NCBI GenBank assembly: GCA_012862495.1
Contig: BLSG01000162.1
Coordinates: 185,122 to 228,711 of the forward strand
Direction of reading: 5' to 3'
DNA length: 43,590 nucleotides
Origin: Thraustochytrium aureum
Lineage: Eukaryota
The notes beneath the pieces were generated by a model. That model ran no database searches, was not told where the DNA came from, and saw only the letters and a list, made by a program, of their open reading frames with translations. Shown here piece after piece: positions 10,125 to 22,800 of this stretch (positions are counted from its first letter, which is position 1; every line of letters starts with the position of its first letter). The position numbers were made by a program, and so were the translations under genes.

Positions 10125-11859
10125 NNNNNNNNNNNNNNNNNNNNNNNNNNNNNNNNNNNNNNNNNNNNNNNNNNNNNNNNNNNNNNNNNNNNNNNNNNNN
10201 NNNNNNNNNNNNNNNNNNNNNNNNNNNNNNNNNNNNNNNNNNNNNNNNNNNNNNNNNNNNNNNNNNNNNNNNNNNNNNNNNNNNNNNNNNNNNNNNNNNN
10301 NNNNNNNNNNNNNNNNNNNNNNNNNNNNNNNNNNNNNNNNNNNNNNNNNNNNNNNNNNNNNNNNNNNNNNNNNNNNNNNNNNNNNNNNNNNNNNNNNNNN
10401 NNNNNNNNNNNNNNNNNNNNNNNNNNNNNNNNNNNNNNNNNNNNNNNNNNNNNNNNNNNNNNNNNNNNNNNNNNNNNNNNNNNNNNNNNNNNNNNNNNNN
10501 NNNNNNNNNNNNNNNNNNNNNNNNNNNNNNNNNNNNNNNNNNNNNNNNNNNNNNNNNNNNNNNNNNNNNNNNNNNNNNNNNNNNNNNNNNNNNNNNNNNN
10601 NNNNNNNNNNNNNNNNNNNNNNNNNNNNNNNNNNNNNNNNNNNNNNNNNNNNNNNNNNNNNNNNNNNNNNNNNNNNNNNNNNNNNNNNNNNNNNNNNNNN
10701 NNNNNNNNNNNNNNNNNNNNNNNNNNNNNNTCCAATCGCCAAGCTCTGTCCGCTCCCCATTCGATCAACTCGCGAACTCCGTCCGATGCACATGAACAGC
10801 CCTCGAGCACCTGCCCTGCCTGCAAGCCTGCCAGCCTGCCAGCCTGCCTGCCAGTGGCATCGCTCTGTCCACGACCGCGGCCCGCGCTTGTGCCGCAGCC
10901 GCAGCCTGGCGAGCAGGTCGTTCGTCCCATCGGGCGGCGGGCCGGAGAGAGGAAGGAGCTGGGCGGGCGTCCAGCGCGCGACACTCGCTCTCGTCACACG
11001 CCCCCTGCCGTGACGAGCGTCTCGGTGATGAGTCAGTCAGTCAGTGAGTGAGTGTGTGGGTGGGTGAAAGAAAGCAAGGAGGAAGGAGAGGGAGCGAAAG
11101 AGGGGAGGGCAGGGGCTCGGAGGGCGTGGCGGACAACACACCCTCGGCGCCTCTCACTGACTCAGCAGCAGCCACGCGGCGGTGAAGGGCGATGGTGAAT
11201 CCGTGCAGCAAGTGCGCCTGAGGGGTGCATTCTCGATCGCGTGGGACGAGCCTCTGCGCGGCGGGAAGAAGAGAACGGAGCGCGACCTCGCGCCTCAGGC
11301 TCTCCCTCCCATCGAGCTGCACAACGCGAACCTGGCGTGGAGAAGGGAAGTACTCTACCTGCCCTGCTACGCTGCAGACCGAGTTTGAACTCGAGCCCGC
11401 CGCCGTGCATTCGCTTTCAGCGAGCGGGCGGGCGGGCGTTCGTGCGTGCGTGCGTTTGCCAGCCCGTCGAGGTTTTCTCGCGCAAGGCACACACCAAACC
11501 AAAAGGGCAATGCCCTTCCGAAATTTGCTCGAAATCGTCGCGGGTTTTGTGACGAAATGGGCTGCGCGCGCGCACGCGGTCAATGAAACAATCAACCAGC
11601 GCAATAGACAGACCTCCGAAAGAAGCGCCTGCAGGCAGGTAGTGCAGCGGCCACTGTTGAGCTGGCAGACTCGCTTTCCTTCCGGGCGCGCCAAGGCTGA
11701 CTGACGCAGAACAAGCGACGGCCTCGCTCGCCTCGCTCGGTCGCACTCGCTCGGCGACGTGGACGCTCGCGGCTCGCGCGCAAGCGAAAGCTGAAAAGCT
11801 GAAACGCTGGTGCCGCGTTGTGCGCGAGCGAGCGCCCAGGGCCGCGCGCGAAGGGAGAG

Positions 11860-14054
11860 ATGACTTCGGCGTGGCAAAAGTATGTGGATACGACGCTGGG
11901 CAAGGAGAGGTCGATCGTGTTTGATGAGGCGGAGCGCGAAACGGTCGAGCTGGTCAAGGAGCGGCTGCGAAAGATGGACGCGCTGATCGCCTGGACCTCG
12001 CTCGGCCACGAAGAGAAACTCAACCTGGTTCGTGGGTACTGGGAGCGCAGCCACCGCGCGCGCGACATCGCCGACACGTGCAAAGACATCTACGACTGGC
12101 GGCAGAAGAACAACATCGACAAGGTCCTCAGCAAGCGGCTCCCGCTGCACGAGATCTACCACAAGGCGTGGCCGAGCCACATCGCTGGCGAGGACAACTT
12201 TGGGCACTGGTTTCTGCTCGACCGCGTGACCGAGCTCCAAGTGAACGCGCTGACCGAGTACGATGAGGAGACCGTGCTCCTGTACCGCGCCCAGTGCCTC
12301 GAGGCCCTGGTGCGCATGAAGAAGGAGATCTCGTACAGGCTGGGGTACCGCGTGTGCCAGTACATCTACTGCCTGGACCTGCAGGGCCTCTCCGTGAAAA
12401 AGCACTTCACCGCCAAGGTGCGCAGCATCCTGCAGCCCCTCTTCCGCGTCTCGGGCGACTACTACCCGGACTCGCTGTGGAACCTGTTCCTGATCAACGC
12501 CCCCATGAGCTTCCGCATGATCTGGCGCGTGATCAGCCCCTGGGTCGACCCGGTGGTAAAGCACAAGATCCGCATCCTCGGCGGGCAGAGCACCTACATG
12601 CCGGCCATGCTCAAGACCGGCATCCCCATCGAGGCGCTGCCCAAGGAGATCGGCGGCGAGTGCGAGACAATCACGCTCCAGCAGGTCGNNNNNNNNNNNN
12701 NNNNNNNNNNNNNNNNNNNNNNNNNNNNNNNNNNNNNNNNNNNNNNNNNNNNNNNNNNNNNNNNNNNNNNNNNNNNNNNNNNNNNNNNNNNNNNNNNNNN
12801 NNNNNNNNNNNNNNNNNNNNNNNNNNNNNNNNNNNNNNNNNNNNNNNNNNNNNNNNNNNNNNNNNNNNNNNNNNNNNNNNNNNNNNNNNNNNNNNNNNNN
12901 TCGCGGACGAGTCGAGCTCGAGCGGCTCGTCCAGCCTCGCCAAGCGCCTCAGCAAGGGCCTGAGCCGCGGCCTGCGCCTGAAAAACCCGGACGCTGCGCG
13001 CGCGCCCGGGGACGCCGCCGGCGACGCCGCCCTCGCCGACCAGCTCGCTGCCGACGGCGAGATGATCTACAACGGCGACGACGTGCTCATGCAGGGCTAC
13101 CTCAGCAAGCAAGGCAGCCGCAACACGGCCTGGAAGAAGCGCTACTTTGTGCTCACCGCCAACGGGCTCTTCTACTTCTCCAGCCTGCCCACCAAAGACT
13201 CGCACCTCCCGCGCGGCAAGATCGAGCTGCACATGATCGCCTCCGCGCGCACGCACACCCACGACAGCAACGGCGACGACGGCCTCCTTGACGTCGTCAC
13301 GCCTCAGCGCGTCTACGCCATGCGCGTCGACGAGGCTGACGGCGACGAGTCCGTGGCCAGCCTGACCAAGCGCTGGATCGAGGCGATTGGAAGCGCGGCG
13401 GAGAACGACATTTGCGCCATCGACGTCGAGGCCGTCAACGACCGCGACAACGAAAACCACCAGTTCAAGGGCTTCCTCGAGAAGCGCGGCGTCTTCAACT
13501 CGGCCTGGCGCCGCCGCTACTTTGTGCTCACCACGCACGCCCTCTACTACTACAACGACCTGCCCACCAACGTCGGCGCGTCGCTCAAGGGCAAGGTCGA
13601 CTTGGTGCTCGTCCAGGGCTGCGACCTGGACGCCAAGGTCGACGGCGCCTTTTCCGTGACGACACCATCCCGCGTCTTCCAGCTCAAGGCCAGCTCCAAG
13701 GCCGACGCCGAGGAGTGGCTGCGCCGCATCTCCGCCGCCGTCGACAAGGAGCACACGAAAAACGGCGACGGCGACGACTGCGACAGCCAGGACGGCGCCG
13801 CGCTCAACGGGACCGTGCAGCCGCCGATGATCCGCAGCCTCCCCGACGAGGAGGGGGACGAAACCGCAGCGCTCGGCCGCTCCAGCTCGACCATTATTGA
13901 GCAGATCACCTCGCTTGCGCAGGAGTTTTTCGATGTTGCCATGGACATGGGCATCCTCGTCAAGCCTGACGACGGGGCGGAGCCGCTCCCCGACGCAGAC
14001 ACGATTGCCGAGCTCATCCGCAAGCGCGTCATGCACATGTTCAAGCTCTTTTGA
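11860..14054 (+). CDS. Sec14/CRAL-TRIO lipid-binding domain protein with two C-terminal PH domains; gap 12689-12900
   Basis: CRAL-TRIO motifs LDLQGLS...DYYPDSLWNLFLINAPMSFRMIWRVISPWVDP..KHKIRIL and LPKEIGG. PH1 QGYLSKQGSRNTAWKKRYFVL...WIEAI. PH2 KGFLEKRGVFNSAWRRRYFVL...EEWLRRI. The join across the 212-nt gap is inferred (no stop before it, no start after it). Confidence 0.85.
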
Positions 14055-14951
14055 GATCTGCCTTTCAAGCGCTCGTTCGATCGATGCAGGGAAGGAAGAA
14101 GGAACAGAGGAGGGGGGCAAGCGCGACTCGTGGGGCGGGCTGGTGACCAAAACGATGAGCGAAGAGACCGCCTCTTTCGACTCTGCCGAAGGGACTTTTG
14201 CGCTCGTGTAACGCCAAGTTGGAGGTCAAGCCGTGCGGTGGCGCAAGGCCGCCCGCTAAAGGTAGCCAGCAGCATCTGCGCGCGAGACGCGTGGACAAAC
14301 ACGTGCCGCGCTGCGCTGCGCTGCGCTATGCCGCCGAGGCCCCGGGCCACGGCACGTGCAGCATGTGACAACTTGGCGAAAGGCTCAAACTGAACACACC
14401 TACGACACTTGACTAGGGCTTTGCTACCCGCTCGGTTGCGAGATATTTGGATTGACTAATCGTGCAGAACGCAACTACGACAAAAAAAAACGAAAATGTT
14501 TGATGGCCGAGGCAAGCACGGAGCGCCTTCTAATCAAAGCGCCCCGGCGCAAGGCGGCGCAGACTGCGTTCCNNNNNNNNNNNNNNNNNNNNNNNNNNNN
14601 NNNNNNNNNNNNNNNNNNNNNNNNNNNNNNNNNNNNNNNNNNNNNNNNNNNNNNNNNNNNNNNNNNNNNNNNNNNNNNNNNNNNNNNNNNNNNNNNNNNN
14701 NNNNNNNNNNNNNNNNNNNNNNNNNNNNNNNNNNNNNNNNNNNNNNNNNNNNNNNNNNNNNNNNNNNNNNNNNNNNNNNNNNNNNNNNNNNNNNNNNNNN
14801 NNNNNNNNNNNNNNNNNNNNNNNNNNNNNNNNNNNNNNNNNNNNNNNNNNNNNNNNNNNNNNNNNNNNNNNNNNNNNNNNNNNNNNNNNNNNNNNNNNNN
14901 NNNNNNNNNNNNNNNNNNNNNNNNNNNNNNNNNNNNNNNNNNNNNNNNNNN

Positions 14952-17431
14952 CCTTGCGACAAAGTGCTCGTGCGTTGGTTTGCCGCGGAGCTGGCGTTCT
15001 CACCCAGCGCTGACGAAAGGGCGGCGCCGAGCGACTTGATCGACGACAGAGCCGAGGCGCGTCTCTTGCCTTGCCCCGCCTCGGCCCGGGCTAGAACGGC
15101 TTGGAGCTGGGCCGCCACGCCCGAATCGGCGCTGCCAACGAGGTCCAGTGCTTTGCTCACCTGCTTGACGCACTCGTCGTGCTTGCCGAGCTCCACAAGG
15201 CTGGTGCAAAGGCGCACCCAGGCCTTGCTGTACGTCGGGTTCAGCTCCACGGCCGCCAAGGCGTCTTCCAGCGAGTATTTGAAGTCCTTGAGCTTCTGGT
15301 AGCCCGCAGCGCGGTTGCTCAGCAGGACTGCAAGGAGCTCCTGGTCGTCAGAGACCAGATTCCCTGAAGCAACGTCCTGGTGGCCTAGGGTGGAGCGAAT
15401 CTCCATGCAGGCGCGCTGCGCTCGGATGGCCGTTGTGTACGCGACAACAGCGTCCGCATACGCGGCCTCCACAAACAGGTCGCGCCCGAGGTCTTTGAAC
15501 TTTAGCGCCTCCCAATTCAGCTGGCTCGCACAGTGCTTGGCGCTCGCGGGGACGGCGGCCACCTGGCGCACTGCCTCTTCGTACCGCCGCGTTTCGACCA
15601 GGATTTCGACAACCCCCGCGCGCGCCTCTTCCATAGCCTGCGAAAGCGCACAAGACTCTCCGCCCGAGGCGGCTTGGGCGGTGGCTTGGGCCGCCTCCCC
15701 GCGCTCCAGTGCGAGCTGCAGCACGCCCATCGCTTCATCGAGCAAGCCTTGGCACGAGAGGACGTTGCCGCGCCGAGTGAGGAGGCGGACGATCGTGTTT
15801 TTGGGGCGCGCAGCGTTTGCTACGAGCGCCGCCTCCTCGTTGCGAATCCCCTCTTGCAGCAGTTCTGCGGCACGCTCAAAGTTGCCTTGCATCAGCTGCT
15901 TGACAGCTTCTTTCTCTTCTGGAGCAGCAACCAGGAACGGCGGTGGAGCTGCGGCAGGCTCTGAGACGGCAACCTCTGAGCCGGCAGGCGCTGAGACGGC
16001 CACGGCGGCCTCAACGCAGGCGTTAGTCTCCCCTTTCTCGTCGTCTTGCTCATCGTCGTCGCTTTCTTCCTCTTGCGTTTCCTCCCCGCCGTCCTCAACG
16101 ATACCCTTCGCGCCATCGCTTGCGAGCTGGACCTCGACAGCGCCGTCAGCTTCGGTCGGCGGCTTGTCTGCTTCGTCGAGCTTGTCGTGGGCATTGGCGA
16201 GCGTGCCCTGCGAGTCGCTGATGAGCGCTCCCCAGACACCTTGGCTTTTTGCAAAGCCAACGCCTTCCCCAAGCGTGCTTTCGTCCACCTGGTTCAGCGG
16301 GCCCTTGTCCGAGGGCGCAGCTTGGGTCTGCTGCTGTCGGTGGGCTCGATAGCTCACCTTGACGAGGGTCAGAATGTCGAGCACCGTCACCACCCTGCCC
16401 TGCGCGTCGCGAACTGGAAGATGCCGAAACGAGCGCGAGATCATCGTGCGCAGGCCGTCGAAAGGGTTGATGTCCACGTCCACGGTAAAGGGGTCGCGCG
16501 TCATGATGTCGCGCACTGCGACTTTGCTGGGCGAGCGACCCATGGCCAGCACTTTGCGCACGAGATCGCTCTCCGTGACGATGCCGACCAGCTCGCCCTG
16601 GCCGCGCAAGACGACGAGAGAGCTGCGCCGCGCGACGGCCATCAGTATCGCTGCGTCGGCCGCGGTAGCCGAGCCCTCAGGCAGGCTTGCAAGGCCACCG
16701 GTCTGGGAGCAGGTGGTCTGGATTCGCATCAGCTTGCCTGCTGGGAACGACAACGTTCTTGCAAGCACGTCGCTTTTCCCTTTCGCGATCGCGCCGACAA
16801 TGTCGACACAGCTGACCAGCTCTCGCGTCTCCGGGTTGACGAAGGGCACGTGCCGGAACGACCTTTCCGCCATGAGTTCGAGCGCCTTCTCAAACTGTTC
16901 TGCAAGAGGGCCGGCAGCCTCCAGTTGCACTGGGTCGCGCGTCATGATGCTGGTCACAGTCTTGCGGGATTTCCGGCGGTAGGCCTTGTCCGCGACCACC
17001 TTTCGGACGAGGTCCTGCTCGGTGACAATCCCAACGACGCCTTTCGCGCCGCGGTTCCCGCGCACCACGAGGCACGAGCACCGCTTTGCCGCGAGCTCGG
17101 CCGCAGCCTTCTTTACGCTCATCCTGCTCGCCGTGGACAGGCTCACCACCACAGCGGACGTGAACGTCGTGCGGTCCATGTCGTTCGTCGACTTTTCCCT
17201 TGCCAAATGAGCGCCCCAAAACCGCCGCTTTCGCGACCTCGGTCTCGGCGCGGGGCGTGAGCGCAGCACCAGAGTGAGCGAGCGAAAACGCGAGGCGCGG
17301 GTTCGCAAGCGCACCGGGCGTCCTTGCTGCTCCTCTGTGTAGCCTCGACGCTGTCTGTGGCTAGCCAGTCCTGCCCGGTCCAATTCCACGTCTGCAGCAG
17401 CAATCGCGGATGCCTCACCACCTTCGTCCAT
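14952..17431 (-). CDS. Protein with two CBS pairs (4 CBS), acidic linker and TPR repeats; 3' end in gap, start may be 17179
   Basis: VGIVTEQDLVRKVVA..IMTRDP..MAERSFRHVPFV and VGIVTESDLVRKVLA..IMTRDP..MISRSFRHLPV. TPR FKDLG..AYADAVVAYTTAI..LSNRAAGYQKL..ALAAVELNPTYSKAWVRL. Confidence 0.85.
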
Positions 17432-17998
17432 TCACACTCCACAGGACCAACGGGGACCACAGCCGCGAAACGGCCCGGATCCAGCAACTCTGCTGTGGCC
17501 ATGCGAGCCCGCGCGTGCCATGTGCGCCCAAGCGTGTCAAGCGCGCCAGCATGCCAGCAGCCTACAGGGGGCACTCGCTCGACTAGTAGAGAGCTCGCCA
17601 GAGCAAGTGTGTGGGCATCTCAATCGGCGCGAATGAATGTGCGCCAAAAAAGTGCGAGCCTCAACCTGCGCGCTGGGCTGGCCGCTTGGTATTGCATTCG
17701 TGCACGTTGCGGGCGAAGCGGTGCGGGCATTCAGCATTCATTACCACAGTCATTCGAGACAATCGCTCATGAGCGACAGTCGCTCGTGACAATCGCGCAC
17801 GAGCATTGACCGACCGACCGACCCATCGACCGACCCATCGACCCGCCACTGCCTTGCCTTGCGATCTAAAACCCACGCGAAACAAAGTCGCCGTCGCGTC
17901 CACTATTCCCACCAGCGCATAGCCGAGCTGGACCGCCTCGGCAGCCACGCGGCGCGCTCCCGACGCCGCGCAGCGTCTTGATCATTGCACATGGCAAG

Positions 17999-18303
17999 CC
18001 TCCCTCCACCTTAATACAATTCAACCTCCCTCCACCTTAATACCATTCAAACGCGCACTATGACGCCATGTCCCCACGTACCGAACCATAATCTCGTCAT
18101 CCTTGCCTCCATGACGCCATCACCTCACCTTTTCCTCGGCAATGCCGTCACGCGCATTCAAAAAAGTACCGCCTACGCCATACCTGCACCTCCGCAGCCT
18201 ACCTTGCGTCATCAACGCGCATGACGCCAGCATGACAACATCGTAAGGTAGGCCGCGTCATCAAGCATTGCGTCATGGCTCCGCACGACAGCGTTGGTGA
18301 CGT
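17999..18303. promoter_or_regulatory. Divergent promoter region: 26-bp direct repeat followed by cluster of TGACG/ATGACGC motifs
   Basis: CCTCCCTCCACCTTAATAC(A/C)ATTCAA twice at 17999-18050. Nine TGACG cores on both strands at 18060-18303. Regulatory function is inferred. Confidence 0.5.
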
Positions 18304-18514
18304 AATCGTGCGCGCGACAAGCGAATTTGAACGGCAGACACCAAACGAAACGGAGCGGCGCCTGCAGCAGACCCCGAACGCTTCAGTGCGGCCACTGCCT
18401 TCAGCAGGCGCAGCAGCGCGCGAGTTGGCGCAGGATTTGGCGCAGGATTTCCACGCGGAAGCTCGGCTTTGCGCTGGATTTGGCGCTGGATTTGGGCGCA
18501 GGAAGCGGTTGAGG

Positions 18515-19637
18515 ATGAGCGGGTATGGTGGGTACGGCGACGGCGGCGGCGGCGGCGGCGGGTATGGAGGCTATGGCGATGGCGGCGGGTATGGCGGTGG
18601 TGGATATGGAGGCTATGGAGATGGCGGCGGTGATGGCGGGTATGGCGGCGGTGGGTTTATGGACGCCAACGCGGATCCTGCGGCTGGGTCGCCCGGGAAA
18701 GGCCGCGGCGGCGGTGGTGGAGGAAGCAGCAGGGTTGAGAGCTTGACGCCTGTGACGATTCGGCAGGTCAAGGACGCCGAGTTGACGCCGGAAGGGACGT
18801 TCTTGCTGAATGGGCGGCCGGTGGCCAAGGTGGTGATTGTTGGGAGGATCCTGGAGGCGCAAATGAAGGAGTCCCATCTCGCTTTCAACTTTGAGGACGG
18901 CACGGGGACCATTCGCGGGACGTGGTGGACTAACGACAGGGTTGTCAACATAGACAACTACGAGGTAGGCATGTATGTCAAGGTGTTTGGCTCCCTTCGC
19001 GCTTTCAACAAGTCGTGCAACCTCTCGCTCTTTGCGCTCAAGCCCATCTCGGACCACAACCAGATCACCCACCACTTNNNNNNNNNNNNNNNNNNNNNNN
19101 NNNNNNNNNNNNNNNNNNNNNNNNNNNNNNNNNNNNNNNNNNNNNNNNNNNNNNNNNNNNNNNNNNNNNNNNNNNNNNNNNNNNNNNNNNNNNNNNNNNN
19201 NNNNNNNNNNNNNNNNNNNNNNNNNNNNNNNNNNNNNNNNNNNNNNNNNNNNNNNNNNNNCGAGCGGCGTCGCAGCCCATTCAGCCGCCGACTCGTTCGG
19301 AACCGGAGCGTACAGTGCCCAGGGCTCTGGCATGATCGGCGCGCCATCCGCCGGCGCACCGATCCAACCAGCGGGCGCACCGATTCAGGCAGGCGGCGGC
19401 GGCGCACAGGGCGGTGGACCTGCGCTCGCCAACCAGATCATGGACATCTTCAACAAGCCGGAGGTGGACGACCTCGAGTCGGGCTTTTCAATCCAGCAGC
19501 TCCTTGCCCAGCTCAGCAGCCTTGGTGTGCAGGCAGGCGAGACGGAGGTGCGCCGTATTGTCGCTCACTTGAGCACTGAGGGCCACCTGTACAGCACAAT
19601 CGACGAGGAGCACTACAAGTCGACCGGGGAAAACTGA
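18515..19637 (+). CDS. RPA2: Replication protein A 32 kDa subunit; gap 19078-19260
   Basis: Gly-rich N-terminus with GGGFM. OB fold SLTPVTIRQV..VVIVGRI..EDGTGTI..YVKVFGSLRAF..ISDHNQITHH. C-terminal winged helix LSTEGHLYSTIDEEHYKST. Confidence 0.95.
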
Positions 19638-19897
19638 TCCGTGTCAATGACTCGATTCGCTGGCTCTAGAGAATGGACTTGGTACGGGGGGACCCGATCC
19701 GGGCCCACTAAAACATGTGGCCTTTCGTCGCGCGCCCTACCGAACGGAGGCGAGGCCGTTGGCTGTCCATTCTAAAACAGCAGAGTATTGCATTTCCAAC
19801 CTGAACGCTGGCAACCTTGCAGAGCCAAAAGAAAAGTCACTTGTTTTTTTTGGGGGGGGGAGGGGCGGGCACGCCCTGCTCCTGAATAGCAGCGAGC

Positions 19898-22800
19898 TTA
19901 CTTGCCGCGCCTGACGCATAGCTTGCTTTCGTGAACTTGCCGGTCTTCCTCGCGCATCTCTTGTCCACAACCAAGCGAGCACAGCACAAACCGCTTGGGG
20001 CACTCGCGCTTCTCGTGGCGGTTGCGCAGCTCGGCTGGCATTGTCGCGTCGCATCCTTGCGAGCACCACACGATGCGCTTGCGGCACTCATCCTGCTCGT
20101 GCGTGTCCAGCACGTCGAAAGGCACGCGCTTGGGGCAACCAACGCGGCACGTCACAAGCCGCTTTGTGCAAGCCACCTTCTTGTGGTCGTCCAAACGAGC
20201 CAGCGGGACTCGCTCGCCACATCCGTTTGCGCACCCGACAGGCCTGAAGAGGCACACGTCTTCGACGTGCGCCCCAAGGTCGCGGGCCACGATTCGGGGT
20301 GACGCGGCGTGGTCGTTTTGGGCAAACTCGCAGCCTAGGTGCGGGCAGAACACCAGCCGACGCCGGCACTCTTTCGCAAGGTGGGTTTCCATGTCTGCGA
20401 CCGGCACCTTGACGCCGCAGAAAAGCGTGCACGTTACAAACCTGCGCTGGCACTGCGACGCAAGGTGCTTGTCAAGGTGCTGCGCTTCCACGTGCGCCTT
20501 GCAGTGGCGCGGGCAGTCCACCGGACGACGCGGGCATTCGCCCTGCTCGTGCTTGACCTTGTCTTGGTACTTGGCGCCGTCAAAGCAGTTCCATTTGCAG
20601 GCCACGATCCGGTTCGAGCAGCGCAGCGCCTGGTGCACCTCGCGCTCGGCGGCCGTCATNNNNNNNNNNNNNNNNNNNNNNNNNNNNNNNNNNNNNNNNN
20701 NNNNNNNNNNNNNNNNNNNNNNNNNNNNNNNNNNNNNNNNNNNNNNNNNNNNNNNNNNNNNNNNNNNNNNNNNNNNNNNNNNNNNNNNNNNNNNNNNNNN
20801 NNNNNNNNNNNNNNNNNNNNNNNNNNNNNNNNNNNNNNNNNNNNNNNNNNNNNNNNNNNNNNNNNNNNNNNNNNNNNNNNNNNNNNNNNNNNNNNNNNNN
20901 NNNNNNNNNNNNNNNNNNNNNNNNNNNNNNNNNNNNNNNNNNNNNNNNNNNNNNNNNNNNNNNNNNNNNNNNNNNNNNNNNNNNNNNNNNNNNNNNNNNN
21001 NNNNNNNNNNNNNNNNNNNNNNNNNNNNNNNNNNNNNNNNNNNNNNNNNNNNNNNNNNNNNNNNNNNNNNNNNNNNNNNNNNNNNNNNNNNNNNNNNNNN
21101 NNNNNNNNNNNNNNNNNNNNNNNNNNNNNNNNNNNNNNNNNNNNNNNNNNNNNNNNNNNNNNNNNNNNNNNNNNNNNNNNNNNNNNNNNNNNNNNNNNNN
21201 NNNNNNNNNNNNNNNNNNNNNNNNNNNNNNNNNNNNNNNNNNNNNNNNNNNNNNNNNNNNNNNNNNNNNNNNNNNNNNNNNNNNNNNNNNNNNNNNNNNN
21301 NNNNNNNNNNNNNNNNNNNNNNNNNNNNNNCAGCCTTTCCGTGCATGTCAGTGTGGTCGAGCGCGGCGCCGCGCTCCAGGAGGAGGCGGCACGCATCCCA
21401 CTTGCCTGCCGCCGCGGCGTGGATGAGAGCAGTCTTGCGGTCCCGCGCGACCTGGTGCACGTCTGCGCCACGGGCCAGGAGCGCCTCCATTACGTTGACC
21501 CGGCCTGACTTGCTCGCGAGCCCGAGCGGTGTCATCATGGTGGTCAGCTCTCGGTTCACGTTGGGAACCTTGTCGGACCTGTCGAGAAGCATTTCGACGG
21601 CCAAGACGCGCTCGCCGTCTTTGTTCACCGATTCGGTGCCGCGCCACGCGGCGTACCCAAGCGCGGTGAAACCCTCGGGCATTTGGTAGTCGATGCTGGC
21701 CCCCAAGTCCACCAAGCTTAGCACGGCCGCAAAGTCCTCGCGCAGGATCGCCTCGCGCGCGCGCGCGTGCAGCGCGCTCGTCTTTTCCGCCTCACGAATG
21801 CGGGCCAAGCGGAGCCGCTCGGCCTCGAGCAGGTAGACGCGTTTCTTCTCGGCAATGTTCCACATCTTTTCCACAAACGCCAGGGTTTCGTGGTGGTACC
21901 CCATGTCGTCCCAGCCCACCCCGTACCGCCACGCCTTGCAGCCTTGCTGCTCGACGCCGGCACGAGCGCAGTCTAGAACTGTTGCGGCTGGCACCTGCCA
22001 ATCGCAGACGCGCAAAGCGGCGGCGACCTCGGGATCGGCTTCGGCGGCCGCGAGTTCGTCCTCGCTTGGCGGTGGGGCAGGTTGCACTGCAAAGACGGGC
22101 GGCTGTCCCAGCATGAACTGCTTATTGACCTCGGGCCAAATCGACGGGAACGGAAACGGAGCTGGCCCAACCGGGTAGACCATGCTGCGACGGTGGATGC
22201 ACGCACCCCAGTTGAGCAGCACTTGAGCGGCTTCCTTCTTCCCGTTGTACACGGCCAGGGCAAGAGGGGCGCGACTGGACAGCCGCCTTGCGCGGTGCCG
22301 GCCCACGAGGACGCGCAATTCAAAGTGGTAGACCAGGTCCTCCTTTTGGAACTGGAGCGATAGTGCTGGGCACCAAGGCGGTCTAGCCTTGCGCTTGACA
22401 TAGCTGCGCGCCAAGGCCTGAACCAGGCGCGCTGCCAGCACGCGCTGCTCGTCCTCGTAGTCGACGCTGCATCCTCGGTCAAGCAAGAGGTCCACCACGC
22501 GCGCGTCCCCGTACATGGCTGCCCAGGACAGCGCCGTGTGGCCGCCGAGCGTGCGAGTAGACAGCAACCTGACGCAGTACAGCTGCTCCTTGGTCTCTGC
22601 GAGCTCGTGCGTGGTCGACTCGATCTCCGAGCGCACGTCGGAGAGCGGGCTCGCCGCCGCGAGCACCTTTTTCCCTGCAAACATAACTGCGTCCTCGGCC
22701 ACGTCGAGCTCGAGCTGGGCCTTGTTGAGCTCGACACGCAGCGCTTGAATCGTGAGCTGGTTGGGTCGCTCTATTAAGCGAGCGACGCGCTCGCGCACTT

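Noticed and set aside
17763..17776. Perfect 14-bp palindrome TCGCTCATGAGCGA
   Set aside because: Part of a short degenerate repeat patch. No transposon termini or target duplication are identifiable.
18515..18725. GGYG repeats as a separate glycine-rich protein
   Set aside because: In frame with the RPA2 OB fold; a Gly-rich N-terminal tail is usual for RPA2.
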